Assembly: GCA_934130325.1 (NCBI GenBank)
Contig: CAKOYA010000002.1
Coordinates: 16,098-80,097, forward strand
Source: an uncultured Clostridia bacterium
Lineage (GTDB): Bacteria; Bacillota; Clostridia; TANB77; CAG-465
Reading direction: 5' to 3'
DNA: 64,000 bases
Shown in pieces: positions 47,026 through 57,714 of this stretch (positions within the stretch are counted from its first letter, which is position 1; the number at the start of each line of letters is the position of its first letter). Made by a program: the position numbers and the translations under genes. The notes beneath the pieces are model-generated. The model was given only the letters and a program-made list of their open reading frames with translations, made no database searches and was not told the DNA's origin.

Positions 47026-48993
47026 ATGGGAAGTATTGTATTACTAGATGAATTAACAATAAATAAAATTGCAGCAGGAGAGGTTGTAGACAGACCAGCT
47101 TCTATTGTAAAAGAACTGATTGAAAATTCAATAGATGCAAAGGCAACAGCTATAACAATAGAAATAAAAAATGGAGGAGTAAAATATATAAAAATTGTTG
47201 ATAATGGTATTGGATTTACTTCTGATGATGTTGAAATTGCTTTTGAAAGGCATGCAACAAGTAAGATAAGAAAAGAAGAAGATTTGTTATCAATTACATC
47301 TATGGGATTTAGGGGTGAAGCTTTAGCATCTATTGCTGCAATTTCTAAGGTAAGACTTACTACAAAGAGTATAAATGAAGATATTGGTACAAAGGTAGAA
47401 GTGGAAGCAGGGGAGATAATTAATAAAGAGGAAGTAGCATCAGTAAATGGTACAAAAATTGAAATTAGTGATGTATTTTTTAATGTACCTGCTAGATTTA
47501 AATTTTTAAAAAAAGATTACACTGAGGCAGGGTATATTGAAGATGTGGTAATACGAACAGCGCTTTCTAATCCGAGTGTCAGCTTTAAGTATATTAATAA
47601 CGGTAAAGTTGTGTTACAAACTTCGGGTGATGGAAGTTTAAAGAGTACAATTTATGATATTTTTGGAAAAGAAATATATAATAATGTTATAGACCTAAAT
47701 TATGAGTATAATAATATGAAAGTGACAGGCATGATAGGACTTCCAATAATTTCACGCTCTACGAGGATGCATCAATTTACATTTATAAATTCTAGATATA
47801 TAAAAGATAAAACAATCAATTCAGCAATAGATAAAGCATGTGAACAAAAATACGCCATAAATAAATTCCCTTTTGTTGTTTTAAATGTTTTAATGAATCC
47901 ATCTAATTTAGATGTAAATGTACACCCTGCTAAATTAGAAGTAAAGTTTGAAGATGAATCAAAAGTTTTTGACGTGATATATTATGCTATAAAATCAGCA
48001 TTAGAGGAACATAATAAGGCTACTAGTCCTTTTACTAACATAAATGCTGTTAAAAATGTGGATAAGGTAGAGCAAATTTCCAGAGATTTGTTGAATAATG
48101 GTGTAATAAAAAAAATTGAAGGAGAAATATTTCCAAAAAGATTTGATTTTGGAAGTCTTAATAATAATAAAATTGAAACTTCAATAAATGAACAAGAAGA
48201 GGTATATAGTGCTAAAAATATTGACAGCAATAAGGTTGATAAAAAAAATGAGAGTCTAGAAATTAGTAGTGAGTTATTTGATAAAAATGAAAAGAAAATT
48301 GAAGATTTGACTGAAAATATTAATTTTAGAGATAAGGTTGACATTGAAAATAAAAATAGTGTAATAGATTATAGTGAAAACATAAAAATAGAGGATACTT
48401 TAAATCAAGAAAAAGAAGAAATATATTATAAATATGTTGGACAAGTATTTGATACATATATAATAATACAAATAAAAGATAAAATGTATATTATTGATCA
48501 ACACGCTGCTCATGAAAGATTATTATATGAGCAAATAAAAGATGCATATTATAGTAAAGAAAAACAAACTCAAATTTTACTTATACCTGTTCTTGTACAG
48601 CTTACCCCTAAAGAAATGGAAGTAGTAAAGAATAATTTTGAGATGTTTGAAAAATCTGGATTTATGATTGAAGAGTTTGATGAAAGTACAATAAAAATAT
48701 CTGGTGTACCAAATATAGGTTATGATATAGATTTTAAATCAATGTTTAAAGATATTATTGACGATTTATTTGGTGCAAACAAAACACAAACTAAAGAAAA
48801 AGAATTTAGATTTTTAGCTACTCTTGCATGTAAAGCAGCGGTTAAAGGAAAAATGAAATTAGATCAGAAAGAGCAAATAGCATTAATAGATGACATGGTA
48901 AAATTAGATAATCCGTTTACGTGTCCGCATGGAAGACCGACTGCTTATGAGATTTCAAAATACGAGATAGAAAGAAGATTTTTAAGAAAATAG
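47026..48993 (+). CDS. mutL: DNA mismatch repair endonuclease MutL
   Basis: INKIAAGEVVDRPASIVKELIENSIDA, GFRGEAL, C-terminal DQHAAHERLLYE and CPHGRP. ATG 47026 follows AAAGGAG. Confidence 0.96.
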   Translation: MGSIVLLDELTINKIAAGEVVDRPASIVKELIENSIDAKATAITIEIKNGGVKYIKIVDNGIGFTSDDVEIAFERHATSKIRKEEDLLSITSMGFRGEALASIAAISKVRLTTKSINEDIGTKVEVEAGEIINKEEVASVNGTKIEISDVFFNVPARFKFLKKDYTEAGYIEDVVIRTALSNPSVSFKYINNGKVVLQTSGDGSLKSTIYDIFGKEIYNNVIDLNYEYNNMKVTGMIGLPIISRSTRMHQFTFINSRYIKDKTINSAIDKACEQKYAINKFPFVVLNVLMNPSNLDVNVHPAKLEVKFEDESKVFDVIYYAIKSALEEHNKATSPFTNINAVKNVDKVEQISRDLLNNGVIKKIEGEIFPKRFDFGSLNNNKIETSINEQEEVYSAKNIDSNKVDKKNESLEISSELFDKNEKKIEDLTENINFRDKVDIENKNSVIDYSENIKIEDTLNQEKEEIYYKYVGQVFDTYIIIQIKDKMYIIDQHAAHERLLYEQIKDAYYSKEKQTQILLIPVLVQLTPKEMEVVKNNFEMFEKSGFMIEEFDESTIKISGVPNIGYDIDFKSMFKDIIDDLFGANKTQTKEKEFRFLATLACKAAVKGKMKLDQKEQIALIDDMVKLDNPFTCPHGRPTAYEISKYEIERRFLRK

Positions 48994-49009
48994 TATTTGG
49001 TAAATTATT

Positions 49010-49970
49010 ATGGAAGAAATAAAAAAAACAAAGTTAAAAAAAAATAATGTAATATGCATTGTGGGACCTACTGCTTCTCGGTAAAACTTCACTGGGGATT
49101 GAATTAGCTAAAAGGATTAATGGTGAAATTATATCTGCTGATTCGATGCAAATATATAAAAATTTAGATATTGGGACTGCCAAAGTTACAAAAGAGGAAA
49201 TGCAGGGTATCCCACATCATGTGATTGACGTGTGTGACGTTCAAGATTCATTTAGTGTTGCAGATTTTCAAAAGATATGCTATGATAAAATAAATGATAT
49301 AATTAAAAGAGGTAAAACTCCTATTATTGTAGGTGGTACTGGTTTATATGTTAGTGCTGTGGTTGATAATATGACATTTGAAGATGAAAAAATTGATCAA
49401 AAATATAGAGACTATTTATATGCTCTTGCTAAATTAAAATCAAATGAGTATGTTTATCAAATGTTAAAAAATGTAGATTATGAATCAGCTGAAACAATAC
49501 ATCCAAATAATTTGAAGAGAGTTATAAGAGCTCTAGAAATTGCTAAAAATTCTACTAAATTAAAATCAGAACATATACAAGATGATAGAAATAATAGTAT
49601 AAAAAAAGGAAATGACTACTTATTTAATACATTTTATATAAATTTTAATAGGGATACTTTAAATCAAAGAATAAATAAAAGAATAGATGTAATGATGAAT
49701 CAAGGATTACTTGATGAGGCTAAAAAGGTATATGATATGAACTTATCACTTAATTGTACTTGTATGCAAGCTATTGGCTATAAGGAGTTTTTTCCATATT
49801 TTTTAGGAAAATCTACTCTTGAAGAATGCATTGAAAAATTGAAACAGGAAACTAGAAAATATGCTAAGAGGCAAGAAACTTGGTTTAAAAACAAACTTGA
49901 TGTTGTAAGTCTAGATGGAGAAAGTAGTATAAATTCAAAAATAGAATATATTCTAAAAATTATAAATTAA
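49010..49970 (+). pseudogene. miaA: tRNA dimethylallyltransferase MiaA with a +1 frameshift in the P-loop codons
   Basis: ATG 49010 gives MEEIKKTKLKKNNVICIVGPTASR then stop (49082-49084). Skipping c49079 restores [31 protein letters not shown], continuous with ORF 49059..49970. Confidence 0.85.
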
Positions 49971-49986
49971 CATTTGGGAGTAACGT

Positions 49987-51210
49987 ATGAAAAAAGGTAA
50001 AAAAAATATATTTAAAGAAAATATAAAAACAATTATAATAATTTTAGTTGTTGTAGTTATCGTAGTAATATCTTTAATATATAATAATTTTATTGATTAT
50101 AAAAAAACATACACTGTTATAAATGGAAGCGTAGAAAAGGTATCTGACACATACATGTATGTTTTAAAAAATGAAACTGTGTTGGATATAGATAAGAATA
50201 TGGTAGCTGTACCTATAATAGAGCAAAATAAAAGAGCTAGTAAAGGTGAAATAGTAGCTATATATAAAAATAACACCTATGATAAAGCCCAAGAAGAAAT
50301 TTTAAATTTAGATAAAGAGATACAAACAATGATTAAAGATTTACCTACAGTTTATTCTAGTGATGTTAGTTTGATAGATTCAAAAATTTCTGATGTAGTA
50401 GCACAATTAAAAGATGAAACATCTTATGTTAAAATGCAAGAATATAAAAATAAAATAGATGATTTATTATCAAAAAAAATAAATGTACTAGGACAATTAA
50501 GTCCAAATGGTTCTAAAATAAGAGAGTTAATTGAAAAAAGAAATACTTTGCAAGAGAATACAAAAAACTCTAATAATAGTATAAAAGCTTCTGTTGCAGG
50601 TGCTGTTACCTATAAAATAGATGGTTTGGAAAATGCTTTTGAATATAATGATATTTTGAATTTTTCAACTGAAAAATTTGAAGAGGTTATATCAAAATAT
50701 AATAGCAATAATACTAATAATTTTGGAATAAAGATTGTGGATAATTTTCAATGCTATTTATTAGTAAAAGAATCAAATGATGAAAATATAGAGTACATAA
50801 AACAGGGGAGAAGCTATCAAATAAAGTTATTAAATATAGATAATGAATTTAGTAATTATGTGAAATTGGAAAAAACTATAAAAGGAAATAATTGCACATA
50901 TAATATATTTAAGTTAGAAAATAATGTTTCAAGTTTGCTTGATACAAGGGAAATTGGTGCTGAAATAATATGGAAAAAAGAAGAAGGGCTAGTAGTTCCG
51001 CTAAATGCAATTACAAGAGAAAATGAAATTGATTATGTGACTTTAGTAAGTGGTGGTGAGTACATAAAAATACCTGTGAAAATTACAATATCAAATGATA
51101 CAATAAGTATAGTTGAAAACTATACAAAAGAGGAAAAAGAAAAATTAGGGATAACAGATACTGATAGTTTAAAAATCTATGATCAATTGTTAATAGAGAG
51201 TAAAAAATAA
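49987..51210 (+). CDS. membrane-anchored protein, possibly HlyD/barrel-sandwich-like
   Basis: N-terminal TM, central coiled-coil-like segment, beta-rich C-terminus. Weak assignment. Confidence 0.4.
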   Translation: MKKGKKNIFKENIKTIIIILVVVVIVVISLIYNNFIDYKKTYTVINGSVEKVSDTYMYVLKNETVLDIDKNMVAVPIIEQNKRASKGEIVAIYKNNTYDKAQEEILNLDKEIQTMIKDLPTVYSSDVSLIDSKISDVVAQLKDETSYVKMQEYKNKIDDLLSKKINVLGQLSPNGSKIRELIEKRNTLQENTKNSNNSIKASVAGAVTYKIDGLENAFEYNDILNFSTEKFEEVISKYNSNNTNNFGIKIVDNFQCYLLVKESNDENIEYIKQGRSYQIKLLNIDNEFSNYVKLEKTIKGNNCTYNIFKLENNVSSLLDTREIGAEIIWKKEEGLVVPLNAITRENEIDYVTLVSGGEYIKIPVKITISNDTISIVENYTKEEKEKLGITDTDSLKIYDQLLIESKK

Positions 51211-51255
51211 AAAAGTCTGGAAAATTAAGACATTACAGTGGTTTAATTTTCCAGA

Positions 51256-51837
51256 CTAAAAATTATTTTTCTTTGTATATTCTATATTAGTATTCTTTGA
51301 TTTATATAACTTGATTTTATCTGTTACGTTAAAAATTTCAAATATTTTCTTTTGTTGTCCTAGTATTAATAGCATTTGATATAATTCATAATTTGTAAAA
51401 CATTCGTTATCTAACATTTCTTGGATAGATTTTTTGTAAAAAAATTCTTTAGAGTTTTCAACAACAAGAGGTGTATCTATAATCCTATTGTAAATACTAA
51501 GATTCTCAGGTAGAATAGTAGAACAAATAATTGCAATAGGTTCTTCGTATGAACCTATTGTATAATTTGAATAATCGCAAATAAATTCATTAATGCTGCT
51601 GGTATTGTCAAATATTTTATTATATACAAATATGTTTAAATTAGTAGTTAATACTTTTAGGCATGTAAAATTTGAATCATTATAGTCTATACTATCTGTT
51701 GGAGATAAATAAGCTGTTATTCCTTTTTTTTCTGGGTTAGTATCTAATCTTTTATTTACATATTCAGATAATTTCATTCCATATTTTACTGCATCATTAA
51801 CTTTATCATTTTCAATAAATAAATATAAGTATTTCAT
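51256..51837 (-). CDS. hypothetical protein
   Basis: 193-aa ORF with RBS GGGAGTGA. No recognisable motif. Confidence 0.45.
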   Translation of the reverse strand: MKYLYLFIENDKVNDAVKYGMKLSEYVNKRLDTNPEKKGITAYLSPTDSIDYNDSNFTCLKVLTTNLNIFVYNKIFDNTSSINEFICDYSNYTIGSYEEPIAIICSTILPENLSIYNRIIDTPLVVENSKEFFYKKSIQEMLDNECFTNYELYQMLLILGQQKKIFEIFNVTDKIKLYKSKNTNIEYTKKNNF

Positions 51838-51904
51838 CTTTTCACTCCCATTGAAACTATATTATAACATGATTTTTTAAATAAGTTAATACATTTTGAG
51901 GAAT

Positions 51905-52912
51905 TTATACAATATATTTTATGGAACAATCTGGAAAATTCTGTTTTAAAAGATTCAGTAAAAATTCTCCTTTACTTTTTTTAATATCATTTTTGTAATG
52001 ATATTTTCCTATTCCTTTTGAACTCATTAAATCTTTGGAATATAAATTAATTGCTTTTGGAAAAGCATCTTCATTAATTTTTCTGTGAATATAACTATAT
52101 GTCATAAAAATTAGCTCGAAAATAATGTTATGCTGTGCTTCTTCAATTAAATTTTTTTTCATGTATTCGATTAATTCTGTATAATCATTTTCAAAATTTT
52201 CAGTTATGATTATTGGAGCTATTAAAATATATGGATGGTAACCGTTTATACATAGATTATTAATTGCACTTATTCTCTCTTTTAATGAGCTAGTTCCAAA
52301 CTCTACTTTTGTTATTATCCTATTTGGATTTAAACTCATTCTAGGTATGATTCTACTTTTGTTTGAAATATTTAATAATGGATTAATTAAATCAAACTTT
52401 GTAGGAAAAGTTAAAATACCTTTATTTGTATTTTTAAGGAAGTACTCTAAGTTATTTTCTAAAGAGTCAGTTACTAAATTTTCAAGAAGCAAATCACTAT
52501 TACTTCCTATTTCAAATACTAATTCATTTTCAGATTTATTTGAAAATTTAATTAATCTATTAAGAATTTCTTCTGTATTAACAAATACTCTTAGATAAGA
52601 ACATTTATTATAGTTACATACTAAATAACAGTACATACACATTGCATAACAACCTGAAGAAGAAAATGGAACTAAATAATTAGATATTTTATGATTTTCA
52701 GTATATTTATGTGTTTTTCTAGTACCTATTATCAGGTATCTTTTTAATTTTGTGAAATCTTTATTTTCGTATTTTCTCAATTCTTCAATGTTATTATGCG
52801 AGGAAATTTCTTTTTTTTCTATATTTTTATATTTATTTAATAAATATTTGCCGAGTGGATATTCAGAGATATTTGATTCATAATATATTCTATTAAATTT
52901 TAATTCTTGCAT
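51905..52912 (-). CDS. splB: spore photoproduct lyase (radical SAM)
   Basis: CYAMCMYCY (CxxxCxxC). EYPLG, SHN, IGTRKT, FVNTEEIL, FELIFMTY, GIGKYHY and C-terminal IKYI blocks align with my recollection of B. subtilis SplB. Confidence 0.85.
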   Translation of the reverse strand: MQELKFNRIYYESNISEYPLGKYLLNKYKNIEKKEISSHNNIEELRKYENKDFTKLKRYLIIGTRKTHKYTENHKISNYLVPFSSSGCYAMCMYCYLVCNYNKCSYLRVFVNTEEILNRLIKFSNKSENELVFEIGSNSDLLLENLVTDSLENNLEYFLKNTNKGILTFPTKFDLINPLLNISNKSRIIPRMSLNPNRIITKVEFGTSSLKERISAINNLCINGYHPYILIAPIIITENFENDYTELIEYMKKNLIEEAQHNIIFELIFMTYSYIHRKINEDAFPKAINLYSKDLMSSKGIGKYHYKNDIKKSKGEFLLNLLKQNFPDCSIKYIV

Positions 52913-53033
52913 TTTTATCACCATTAATATTATTAGTTAAAAAAGCATAATTATAATTTATTAAAAATAAAACTCAAATATTTTCAATATATGAAATTAT
53001 TTGAGTTTTTAAACAATATATATTTACTATAAA

Positions 53034-54254
53034 TTAGATAGAATTTAATATTTTTAATGATAATATTTCGGCCTCTTTTTCGGTAAATTCCATTGTTTTA
53101 GGTAGATCATATCCTTGCCAAGTTGAAATAGTATAGTTGGTAGAATTTACAATTGACCATTGATCTTTACTGTCATTAGGAGTGCCGAATTTTAAATAAA
53201 GAGTTTCATTATTTGTTGATGATTTAATACAAGATTTTATGTCATTACAAGTTTCTAACGTTACTATTTTTCTATTATCCTGTTGATTTGCTAAATAAAT
53301 ATTATTATTTTTGTCAAGAATTTTTGAATAAAAACAAGATTTTTTATACGTACCATCTGTTAGTATTGTTCTGTATGCTGCACTTATTTCAAGCAAAGTA
53401 CAACCTTTAGTCAATCCACCTAAAGCTAATGAAGCTATATTTTTATCTTCATCAGTAAGTGGAATATTTAATTTTTTTACAAACTCAAAACAATCATCTA
53501 TATTGGTAGATTGCAGAGCTTTTATTTTTATAATATTAGAACCATATTCGATAGCTTCTTTTATAGTCAATTCTCCTTTATAATCAACATAATAATTTTT
53601 TGGTTGAAATTTACTATTTTCAATAGGAGTATCTAAATATTTAGAATTTAAAGTGAAAGTTCCATTGTTTAAGCCATAAGCATATACTGAAATTAATGAT
53701 AGCATGGGTCCAGGTTGCCTTAGAGATTCGGTTGCCCTATTTAAGTTAAAATTGCTTTTATCCATACCAAATGTAATTATTTTATTTTCTTTATTTCTAC
53801 CACCAACTATTGCTAGAGTTTCACCACTGATATTATCTAAAACAATACTAGAAGATTCTTTATCATTTTCAAAATTATCATTGTTGGCATAAATTTCCTC
53901 TAGTTTTTTTTGAATATTAAAATCCATACAAGTATATATTTTTGATTCACTTGTTGCCAATTTTTTTTCAGCGTCTTCTTCACTTATATTTTCTTTTTCT
54001 TTTATATCATCTAATATTTCTTCTAAAGCTGATGCTAAGTAATATGATTTTATATTATCAAAAAAAGTGGTATCACCATAAGGTATTACTGCAATTTCGG
54101 AATTATTTCGATCATACAGATATGTATTTGACTTATTGCTTTGGAATATTTTTAATATATAGTCTGGTTTACTAAACAATAAATATACTATAGCACTAAT
54201 TAATATAATTATAATAAAAATATATAACAGTATTTTTTTATTAATTTTATTCAT
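53034..54254 (-). CDS. penicillin-binding-protein transpeptidase-like protein lacking the SxxK active site and any glycosyltransferase domain
   Basis: TM anchor. Blocks IYTCMDFNIQ, AIVGGRN, NLNRATESLRQPG, QPKNY, GSN, SLALGG...LLEISAAY. RQPG is followed by PMLS where SxxK is expected, and KTGT is replaced by KFGT. Confidence 0.65.
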   Translation of the reverse strand: MNKINKKILLYIFIIIILISAIVYLLFSKPDYILKIFQSNKSNTYLYDRNNSEIAVIPYGDTTFFDNIKSYYLASALEEILDDIKEKENISEEDAEKKLATSESKIYTCMDFNIQKKLEEIYANNDNFENDKESSSIVLDNISGETLAIVGGRNKENKIITFGMDKSNFNLNRATESLRQPGPMLSLISVYAYGLNNGTFTLNSKYLDTPIENSKFQPKNYYVDYKGELTIKEAIEYGSNIIKIKALQSTNIDDCFEFVKKLNIPLTDEDKNIASLALGGLTKGCTLLEISAAYRTILTDGTYKKSCFYSKILDKNNNIYLANQQDNRKIVTLETCNDIKSCIKSSTNNETLYLKFGTPNDSKDQWSIVNSTNYTISTWQGYDLPKTMEFTEKEAEILSLKILNSI

Positions 54255-54285
54255 GATATTTTCTCCTTGACTACCGAGTATAAAG

Positions 54286-54795
54286 TTATTTTCCGGTGCT
54301 GCCAATTCCACCCGTTCTAATTCCACTTGCTTTATCATTATCGGCAATTAAAAATTTTTGAAAATATGCTTGTCCAACTTTTTCTCCTTTTTTTATCGTT
54401 ATATCGTTAGGGAAAAAATTATAATATTGGAATATAATATTACCATCATTTGAAGGATTATTGTAATAGTCACATTCAAATATTCCAATTGAGTTAGCCA
54501 TAACTAATCCTAATTTTGATGGACCTGAACTTCTATTTGCAATTATCATAACCTCATCTTCACCAAAATATGCTTTTATTCCAGTTAATATTTTAGTAGG
54601 TTGTATATCTATATAATCTTTTTTACCGCAGCAAAAACTTTTTAAGTTTTTAAATACACTTTTCCAAATTGATGGAATAGTAATATCTTCAGGTGCAAAT
54701 ATATCATAACCAACCGAGTTTTTAGTACTCCTTTTAGGTAGTGTTAAGCTTTTTTCTTCATATCCTTTACAGATTTCAAATCCTCTTACTTTCAT
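54286..54795 (-). CDS. dut: dUTP diphosphatase (trimeric dUTPase family)
   Basis: SVGYDIFA, NRSS, GEKVGQ, C-terminal RTGGIGSTGK motif V. Confidence 0.8.
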   Translation of the reverse strand: MKVRGFEICKGYEEKSLTLPKRSTKNSVGYDIFAPEDITIPSIWKSVFKNLKSFCCGKKDYIDIQPTKILTGIKAYFGEDEVMIIANRSSGPSKLGLVMANSIGIFECDYYNNPSNDGNIIFQYYNFFPNDITIKKGEKVGQAYFQKFLIADNDKASGIRTGGIGSTGK

Positions 54796-54859
54796 TTTTT
54801 TCCTCCTTATATAGTCAGATTATATCATAAGGAATAAAAAAATTCCACAAAAAGTGGAA

Positions 54860-55732
54860 TTAATTGATATGTTCGAGTCTTGCTATTCTTTCACTTATAG
54901 GTGGATGAGTAGAAAACAAATTTGTTTTTTCTTTTTTCGGTTTTAAAGGGTTAACTATATACATGTGGGCAGTTGCTTTATTGGCAGTGGATAATTTAGA
55001 TTTATCTTCTGATAATTTTTTTAAAGCTGAAATTAACCCCTCTGGATTTCTAGTTATCTCAACAGCTGAAGCATCTGCAAGATATTCTCTTTTTCTTGAA
55101 AGTGCAAGTTGCATTAATTGGCTAAATATAGGTGAGAATATTAGAAAAATTAAACCAATCAACATAATTATCGGATTTTGTTTTTCGTTATCATGTTTTC
55201 TAAAACCATATCTAATTACATAATCTGATACTATAACAACAAATCCCACAAAAATAGATACAATTGTTGAAAGTAAAATGTCATAATTTTTTATATGAGA
55301 AAGTTCATGCGCTAAAACTCCTTCTAATTCATATTTATTCATTTTTTCTAATAGACCAGTTGTTACACAAATAAAAGCATTTTGTGGATTTCTTCCAGTT
55401 GCAAATGCATTTGGAGAAGAATCATTTATCACATATAATTTTGGCCTTGGAAGACCAGAAGCAATGCATAGGTTATCAAGCAAAGAACTTAATAATTTAT
55501 CTTGTTCTTCTGTAGCAGGTCTTGCTCCATTAATTCTCAAAACCAGTGTATCACAGCTATAATATGAAGCAACTGCAGATGTTATAGCAAATATTAAAGA
55601 AATAATTATAGAGAAACTTCCCAGTTCAAAGTAAATACATACATAATAAGCAATAATCATAACAAATAAAATAAATAGAGAAATAATAAAATATGATTCT
55701 ATTTTATTATTTCTTACTGATTGTAATATCAT
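54860..55732 (-). CDS. htpX: M48 zinc protease HtpX
   Basis: HELSHIKNYD motif, 4 TM segments, C-terminal STHPPISERI. Confidence 0.92.
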   Translation of the reverse strand: MILQSVRNNKIESYFIISLFILFVMIIAYYVCIYFELGSFSIIISLIFAITSAVASYYSCDTLVLRINGARPATEEQDKLLSSLLDNLCIASGLPRPKLYVINDSSPNAFATGRNPQNAFICVTTGLLEKMNKYELEGVLAHELSHIKNYDILLSTIVSIFVGFVVIVSDYVIRYGFRKHDNEKQNPIIMLIGLIFLIFSPIFSQLMQLALSRKREYLADASAVEITRNPEGLISALKKLSEDKSKLSTANKATAHMYIVNPLKPKKEKTNLFSTHPPISERIARLEHIN

Positions 55733-55741
55733 AAATTATAC

Positions 55742-56299
55742 CTAAAATTGTACTTTTACAGCTTCTTTTTGAGCTGAATCAGTAATTTCAAAGAAACTTT
55801 CTTCCTTAAAATTAAACATATTTGCTAATATATTTGCTGGAAAAGACATTATAGCTGTATTATACATTTGAACTGTGTCATTGTAGAATTGTCTTGCGTA
55901 TGCGATTTTATCTTCTGTAGAAGATAGTTCTACTTGTAAATCCGAGAAGTTTTTATTTGCTTTTAAATCTGGGTATGCTTCTGCTAAAGCAAATATTGAT
56001 TTTAATGTATTATTTAAATTGTTATTAGCTTCAGCTTTTCCCTCAACACTATTTGCTGATGCAAAGTTATTTCTAGCAGCTACTACTTCTTTAAGAGTAT
56101 TCTCTTCATGAACCATGTAACCTTTTACAGTTTCAACTAAATTTGGGATTAAATCAAATCTTCTTTTTAATTGAGTATCAATTTGTGCCCACGCATTTTT
56201 AACTCTCATCCTTAAGTGAACTAGTTTGTTATATATGCTTATAATCATAATTATTAATATGAAAATAATAGCAAGTATAATTAAAGTAGTTAAATTCAT
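55742..56299 (-). CDS. lemA: LemA family protein
   Basis: N-terminal TM then the conserved [16 protein letters not shown] block. ATG 56299 follows AAAGGATGA. Confidence 0.88.
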   Translation of the reverse strand: MNLTTLIILAIIFILIIMIISIYNKLVHLRMRVKNAWAQIDTQLKRRFDLIPNLVETVKGYMVHEENTLKEVVAARNNFASANSVEGKAEANNNLNNTLKSIFALAEAYPDLKANKNFSDLQVELSSTEDKIAYARQFYNDTVQMYNTAIMSFPANILANMFNFKEESFFEITDSAQKEAVKVQF

Positions 56300-56577
56300 A
56301 GAATCATCCTTTCTTGTGATCATACACACAAATATTTTATCATTTTCTAATATTATATGCAATACGTTGTAAAAAAAATATTAACATCTGATATTAATAA
56401 TTTTGATTTATAATTAAAAAATGTAATATAAATAATATATTGTACAAAAAGTCTTGATATATTCATTATTTTTATATAGATTAGCACAATAACTATCCGT
56501 TTTACTGTAATAAAAAAATTGACAAAACATAGAAATTATAGTATAATGGTAACATCCTACGTAAAGGAGGAGATTTT

Positions 56578-57651
56578 GTGGATAATGACAAAGCACATAT
56601 ATTAAGAAAAACATTAATTATGGTATCAATGTTCTTAATATTTACTACAGTTGGTTTGTTTTTAATCTCATTTAATATAAAAAATATTACGTTTGAGTAT
56701 TATGGAGATATAAAAAATATAAAAACAATGTCTAACACTGTAGAGGGCTTTTTAATACAAAATAAAATATATTTAGCAGATGATGTAGTAGTAGAACCAA
56801 GTAGAGATACTTTGATCTCTGATGGGATGAATATAAAGATCTATTCTACAAATGAAGTAGCTAGAATAGATATAGATGAGTTAAGAAAAGAATATAACCC
56901 GGTTGTTGCTAAAATCGAAGAAGTTATCGAGACTATTCCTTTTGAAGAAGAGCAAAAAGATAACCCAACAGTAAATAGAGGAACTACTAGTGTTATTCAA
57001 GAAGGTAAAGAAGGTCAAAGATCTATAAAATACCTAGTAAAGTATAATAAAAATGAAGAAATATTTAGAGCAGAGCTTTCAAACGAGATTTTAAGTGATG
57101 CGCAAAATAAAGTTGTTGAAGTTGGAACTAAATTAAATCTTACTGCTTCAAGAAGTGCTTTAGTTCAAAGTATAGGAGCTACTCAAGTTGATGATGGATT
57201 TAAGGAGTATAATATAAAACTTTCTAGAGAATTGCAAGAGTACGCTTATAATGTTTGTAAAAAGTATGGAATACAATATGAATTATTTTTAGCTATTATG
57301 TATAAAGAGAGTGGATTTAATCAATATGCAGTTGGTGGAGGTAATTCTTATGGCTTATGCCAGATTCATGTATCTAACTTTTCAAATTTAAGGTCAAGAT
57401 TGGGAGTAACTAGTTTTACTGATCCTTACGATAATATGACAGCTGGAGCTTATTTGTTATCATTATACTTTGGCTCAGCAAAGAAAGCAGTTTCTGATTG
57501 GGATGCAGTTGAAGCATATGCATTAAATTCATATAACATGGGTGAAGGTGTATTTGTAAGGAACTGTTATAGTCAAGGTGTTTTACATAGGGCATATAGC
57601 AATTCTGTAAAATCTATAAGAAATACAATTATTGCAAATGGTGGAATATAA
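56578..57651 (+). CDS. YabE/RpfB-like cell-wall protein (DUF348 + G5 + lytic transglycosylase SLT domain)
   Basis: GTG start after AGGAGGAG. G5 block VIQEGKEGQRSIKY...VVEVGTK. SLT block MYKESGFNQYAV...YGLCQI. Upstream of rsmA, as yabE is in Bacillus. Confidence 0.8.
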   Translation: MDNDKAHILRKTLIMVSMFLIFTTVGLFLISFNIKNITFEYYGDIKNIKTMSNTVEGFLIQNKIYLADDVVVEPSRDTLISDGMNIKIYSTNEVARIDIDELRKEYNPVVAKIEEVIETIPFEEEQKDNPTVNRGTTSVIQEGKEGQRSIKYLVKYNKNEEIFRAELSNEILSDAQNKVVEVGTKLNLTASRSALVQSIGATQVDDGFKEYNIKLSRELQEYAYNVCKKYGIQYELFLAIMYKESGFNQYAVGGGNSYGLCQIHVSNFSNLRSRLGVTSFTDPYDNMTAGAYLLSLYFGSAKKAVSDWDAVEAYALNSYNMGEGVFVRNCYSQGVLHRAYSNSVKSIRNTIIANGGI

Positions 57652-57661
57652 ATATAGTAAT

Positions 57662-57697
57662 AAAGGGTAATAGCCAGTTGCTGGCTGTTACCTTTTA
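57662..57697 (+). terminator. rho-independent terminator
   Basis: AAAGGGTAATAGCCAG / CTGGCTGTTACCTTT imperfect stem plus T residues. Confidence 0.6.
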
Positions 57698-57714
57698 TTA
57701 CTAGAAAGGAAATT

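Noticed and set aside
56414-56614. Minus-strand 66-aa ORF in the lemA/yabE intergenic region
   Set aside because: It overlaps the plus-strand promoter (TTGACA...TATAAT near 56519-56548) and the start of the yabE-like gene. No RBS, and odd composition.
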